This document shows, in pieces, positions 59,668-64,000 of a DNA stretch of 64,000 nt. The stretch lies in contig CM022667.1 in NCBI GenBank assembly GCA_012295275.1, positions 14,198,001 to 14,262,000 of the forward strand. Direction: 5' to 3'. Numbering within the stretch: the stretch's first letter is position 1; each line of letters begins with the position of its first letter. The notes under the pieces are model-generated. The model saw nothing but the letters and a program-made list of their open reading frames with translations. It ran no database searches and was not told the DNA's origin. Both the position numbers and the translations under genes were made by a program. Source of the stretch: Chrysomallon squamiferum. Its lineage: Eukaryota > Animalia > Mollusca.

Positions 59668-62336
59668 TATTTTATTTTATTTTTTTTTATTTTTATTTTT
59701 ATTTTTACTTTTTATTTTTATTTTTAAAGGAAAATGTTATTAACTGATATTTTTGTTATGTCTGGCTTATTTCCCAGTTTAATTTAAACTTAATTTCTTT
59801 ATAGATTAATCACTAAGACCTTTTGTTTCACTACGTAAAATTAACACACTAAAACACACACACACACACACACGTACACGCGGACACACATACACAATAC
59901 GTACATCCGGACCTACAAACCCTCCCGTGAAAAACGCGTCTTTATGTTTGTATCGACTTCCTAAGATATTTTTCTCCAGCCACCTGCAACCTGCCGTCAC
60001 GGTCTGATGAACATCTGTCGACGTGTCTGCAAGGTAAACATGCAAAACAACACCAAGATACAATACACTGAACAATTCTGAATAAAAAACGTACGTATGC
60101 GATACTGATCTATATGAAGTTTTTTCTGCGCTTCGAAAGGAAGTGGATTTAGAAATGGGTGTAAAATCGGTACAGAAGCAAGTATGCAAAGCATTAATTG
60201 AGTATTTGGCGCTTCCTTCTAAAAATATATCTTTTTGTTTCTTACTTACGGCTTCCATGTCGAAAAAGTAGCTCTTTATTATCCTTCTGGTATTTATACC
60301 AAACGCATACTTGCATTTATGTCTATAATTCCAACAGATTTAGCAACAACAAAAACAGCAAGACAAGCTCACCACTGAACCAGGACAACGTCTTAGTGTC
60401 GGAATCGAACACAGACCAGCTATTCATCAAGGTACTTAACACAATGGCCGTGGTCGACAGCCGGTCATCTACATTAGTTCCCTGAAATACAATAAGAGTA
60501 GAGCACAATGCAAGTTTATCAGTAATCGTGAATAAGTCGTTTATAATGTTAAGTATCAACAGAATAAAGTGATAAAATCAAATAAAGTGACAGCATGTCA
60601 TTTATCTCGTATAATGTCACAAATGAACAATCCCATATAATGCAGTACTAGAAGAAACTCGTACAATATACAGTGGACGATCATTTCCGCACACAAGCAC
60701 ACGTCTATTAATTCCGTGTAATCGAATTCTTCAGCAAAACAGAAAAGCGTATTGTTAAAGTTGCCGCACGGAATGGCTACCTTTCACTCGTCAGCGATAC
60801 CGTACACTGAAGCACTTCATTTCATCCGCATAGCGTCTTGATATACTTTTCTATTTTTCATTATAAAACAGCACATAGTCAGTAGCGTGAATATTACATT
60901 TACCGTATATACTTGTGTATAAGTCGAATTTTTGGGAGACTATATTAAGGTAATATTTTGGGGGTCGACTTATACATAGGTAATGCTTTTGTAGCTGTTG
61001 CCGAAGAGTTGCCATTTTGACTATTTTTTGCTACGGGATGCGTGTAAAATAATCGCGGTCTTTCAGCTTTTCAAAAATATAATTTTATCGTTTAAAAAAT
61101 TTTGAAAAATTAAATAACAAAACCAAATATGAATGTAAAACATGATATTCTTCCGTTTAATGACATAAAAATACATTTTAAAGCGAGAAAACCGTCAGTA
61201 CGGCTTTATGCCTTACGGCATCTTGCAGTGATCTAGGAATGCAGACTTCTCTGCCAAATTGCACTAAATATCGGTCCTAATTTCATAAACAAAACTCACT
61301 TGTTTAATTGTAAAGAATTTGGTGAAATAATATTGCAATCGTCATTAATATCCACTACCGACAAATTTTGTAAATCATAGAACGGCTAAATATAACGGTA
61401 AGTTAGGTCTCCATGTTAGACCTATTACATTAAAGAGATACTATTTATGATAAATTTAGGCTATAGCTCGTGTAATACATGCATTTACGTTATTATGGTA
61501 TGTTCGTGCAAGTTACAGCTCGTGCAGGTTATGTTACAGAACGCTTACAATGTAGGCCTTCATGGCACTGTCACACTGGTCTAAAAATAGTGACGGTGCC
61601 TGGAATCTACAGTCGACTTATACACAAGTAATACCTAAAATGACGCAATTTTTGGTCTTAAAATACACATCGACTTATACATAAGGTCGCCATGTACACA
61701 AGTATATACGGTACAACAAATGGTATACTTTACTGTTTTGGTATAGCAGTTACATTTACAATAGTTATTATATATATATATGCATATGCAATCACATACA
61801 TACTTAAACATACAGATCAAGAGATATGTACATTGATATACAGAGAGAAAGATAGATAGATAGAAAAATTATAACAGATATTGAAACTAATAAGTACAAC
61901 CGTTACTTTACTTACAGCAGTCACATCTCCAAGGATACCATCGAAATAGATTTCGTCTGAGTTGTCACCAGGTTTAACGAGTGCTAATATTTTTTCAGTT
62001 ATTTGACCTCTCAGGAGCTCTTTTATTGTGTCATAATGTACAATGATTGCCTGAAAATGTAGATAAAACTAATAAAATGATATAAAGATGTAAATGAGCA
62101 TTGTAACCCATATTCCATATCTGATATTACTTTGAATAAGAGATCCAGTGATACAAATGATGATCGGTAAAGTGAAATGATTATAAATTTTGCTGGTTTA
62201 GTATACGTTTGTTTAATAATACCACAATGAGCATTTTTGAGAAAATCAGTTTGCAGTTTCTCCCATCCTTCACTGAATGTAAAATAATAATAATAATAAT
62301 AATCATCATAATAATAATTATATGTATATTAAGAAA

Positions 62337-62434
<98 letters not shown>

Positions 62435-63967
62435 GTAAGATGTAATGAGGTGTATAAACACTTACAGGATGTGGCAGACTTTCTCGCAGTTTGAATCTCT
62501 CAATCACTGACAAGGTTCTAGATAGGAACCAGTAAAAAGAATTAACAGAACCATAGTAGTTCAGAGCAAGATCTGGGCGTTCACAAAAGTTGTTTACAGT
62601 CATATACTTTATTAGTGATGTGGTATTCAGGTAGATCTTCTATATAGAGAAAAGAAATAATTTTTATTTTTATATTCATGTGTGTCATAATATATACTAC
62701 ATACATATGAAATTCCCTGTACTTTTCCGTGCAATTTATTCCCTGCAATAATTATATATACATATATATATAAACATTATCGAAAAAAGTATCATCTCTA
62801 CATGTTCTTTAACTAGTTCCCACCTTCATAATAATTAATTTATTTCTTGCTTTTTTCTTTAAATTTATTTAATTTATCTTTTTGTATTTTTATTTGACTG
62901 AAATGAAAGCATTAGCGATGTATTTGTTTTCAAACCTGTAGCTCTGGGTCGTCCAATGTCTTTGCAGGAAGAATCTTTGTCAATATGGCCTCTGTCGTTG
63001 TGCAAACCACTCGGTGACAAACCATCAGATCGATGGTGTTAGTAAGTGCTGACGCATCCCAGTGAGGCTGGAACTCGTTTAGTGGCTGAGATAATACACT
63101 TAATTATTAGTAGAGTAACGCACACCAACACCACAATCACAACCACCATCACCACTACTGTTAGTACTACCAGCACTGCCATTACATTTAAAACCATCAC
63201 CACTACTATTACTACTACTACCACTGTACTACTACTATTTTTATTATTACTACCAACACCACTCTGTATTATTAGTATCACCATCACTATTCTACAACCA
63301 CCAGTACTATTGCTACAGCAACAACAGCAACAGTAATATTACTACCATTACTATTACTTCTATTAACATCGCCATCAGTTCCACTTGCAAATTACTACTA
63401 CGACTTCCACCAATTCTTATATACTTTTTTTGCAACCTGCAGTCAGTATTATTATTACCACCAGCACTACCATTACTACGGCAACAGCACCACCACTACT
63501 ACAACTACTATTACCACTATAATATTTATTGTTAGTAATACAATTACCACTTCTACTATAACATGTATTGATTGCAATATCGTTAAAACATTGCTTACAG
63601 CAGCATCAGTATCGCTGTCACCACTACTACTGTTACTGCAGCAACAACAACAAATTGTCATATTATTCTCACCCACGTTGAAACGATACTGAGGTCATCG
63701 CCATTAGCTTCAGCTTCATGAATGAAATGGCGCAGGAAGTAGTACGATTTGGGGGCTATTGCTTTAGTGAAGTCATCTGCAAAAGGTCGATAAGCAAATT
63801 TTTTTATACTCTCTAAGCTAGAAGAAAAATTGGCATTTCCTTCCATCCAGTATCTGCGGCCTTCTGGGAAGAGTTTTCTTGTTTCTTCCAGAAGAGTTCC
63901 AATTGCTAGATTTGAGAATGTGCCATCAAAATCAGTAGGGTTTATTGTAACAGCATTTTCCCACAAG
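59070..63967 (-). CDS. Gene B4, 5'-partial (exon 1 beyond the window): complement(join(59070..59351,59905..60026,60373..60481,61916..62050,62466..62639,62936..63085,63673..63967))
   Basis: Exons 2-8 have the same lengths as in B1, with GT-AG boundaries and an open frame. There are a few substitutions versus B1 (NPP>NPT, QAH>QPH, ASL>ASA, LMI>LMV, TGQ>TEK). Confidence 0.88.
60903..61711. mobile_element. 809-bp Tc2/pogo-like MITE in intron 5 of B4 (same insertion as in B1)
   Basis: TA|CCGTATATACTTGTGTA ... TACACAAGTATATACGG|TA, the reverse complement of 43045-43853. Confidence 0.88.
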
Positions 63968-64000
63968 CTGCGAATGACAATGAAATGATTTATGTGTTCA

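Overview
This is eukaryotic, AT-rich, microsatellite-dense animal DNA with GT-AG introns; the repeat landscape suggests an invertebrate, possibly a mollusc, but that is inference. Positions 1-17.9 kb hold no supportable gene, only a ~175-bp satellite, many microsatellites and short unique islands. Positions 17.9-64 kb are a young, rearranging cluster of one uncharacterised 8-exon gene family encoding ~603-aa proteins with a signal peptide. Clade A has two intact minus-strand copies (A1, A2), made by a ~9.4-kb tandem duplication with breakpoints in (GA)n tracts, plus a dead exon-1 relic. Clade B has four copies: B1 (intact), B2 (cut by a 200-N gap), B3 (pseudogenised by a templated insertion) and B4 (runs off the window). 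They form a ~10-kb inverted repeat around the gap, which may be an assembly or haplotype artefact. I reconstructed the coding exons by hand from splice sites, and intron phases are identical in all copies. The proteins carry a DxDD motif (DFDD in A; DFDG/DFDS in B) and other motifs in the order seen in class II terpene-cyclase/prenyltransferase-type (alpha/alpha)6 barrels. The lead hypothesis, untested, is an expanded secreted cyclase-like family. Also present: an 809-bp Tc2/pogo-like MITE with an empty site in one paralog, a 50-bp intronic minisatellite, and a candidate double-CRE plus TATA promoter.
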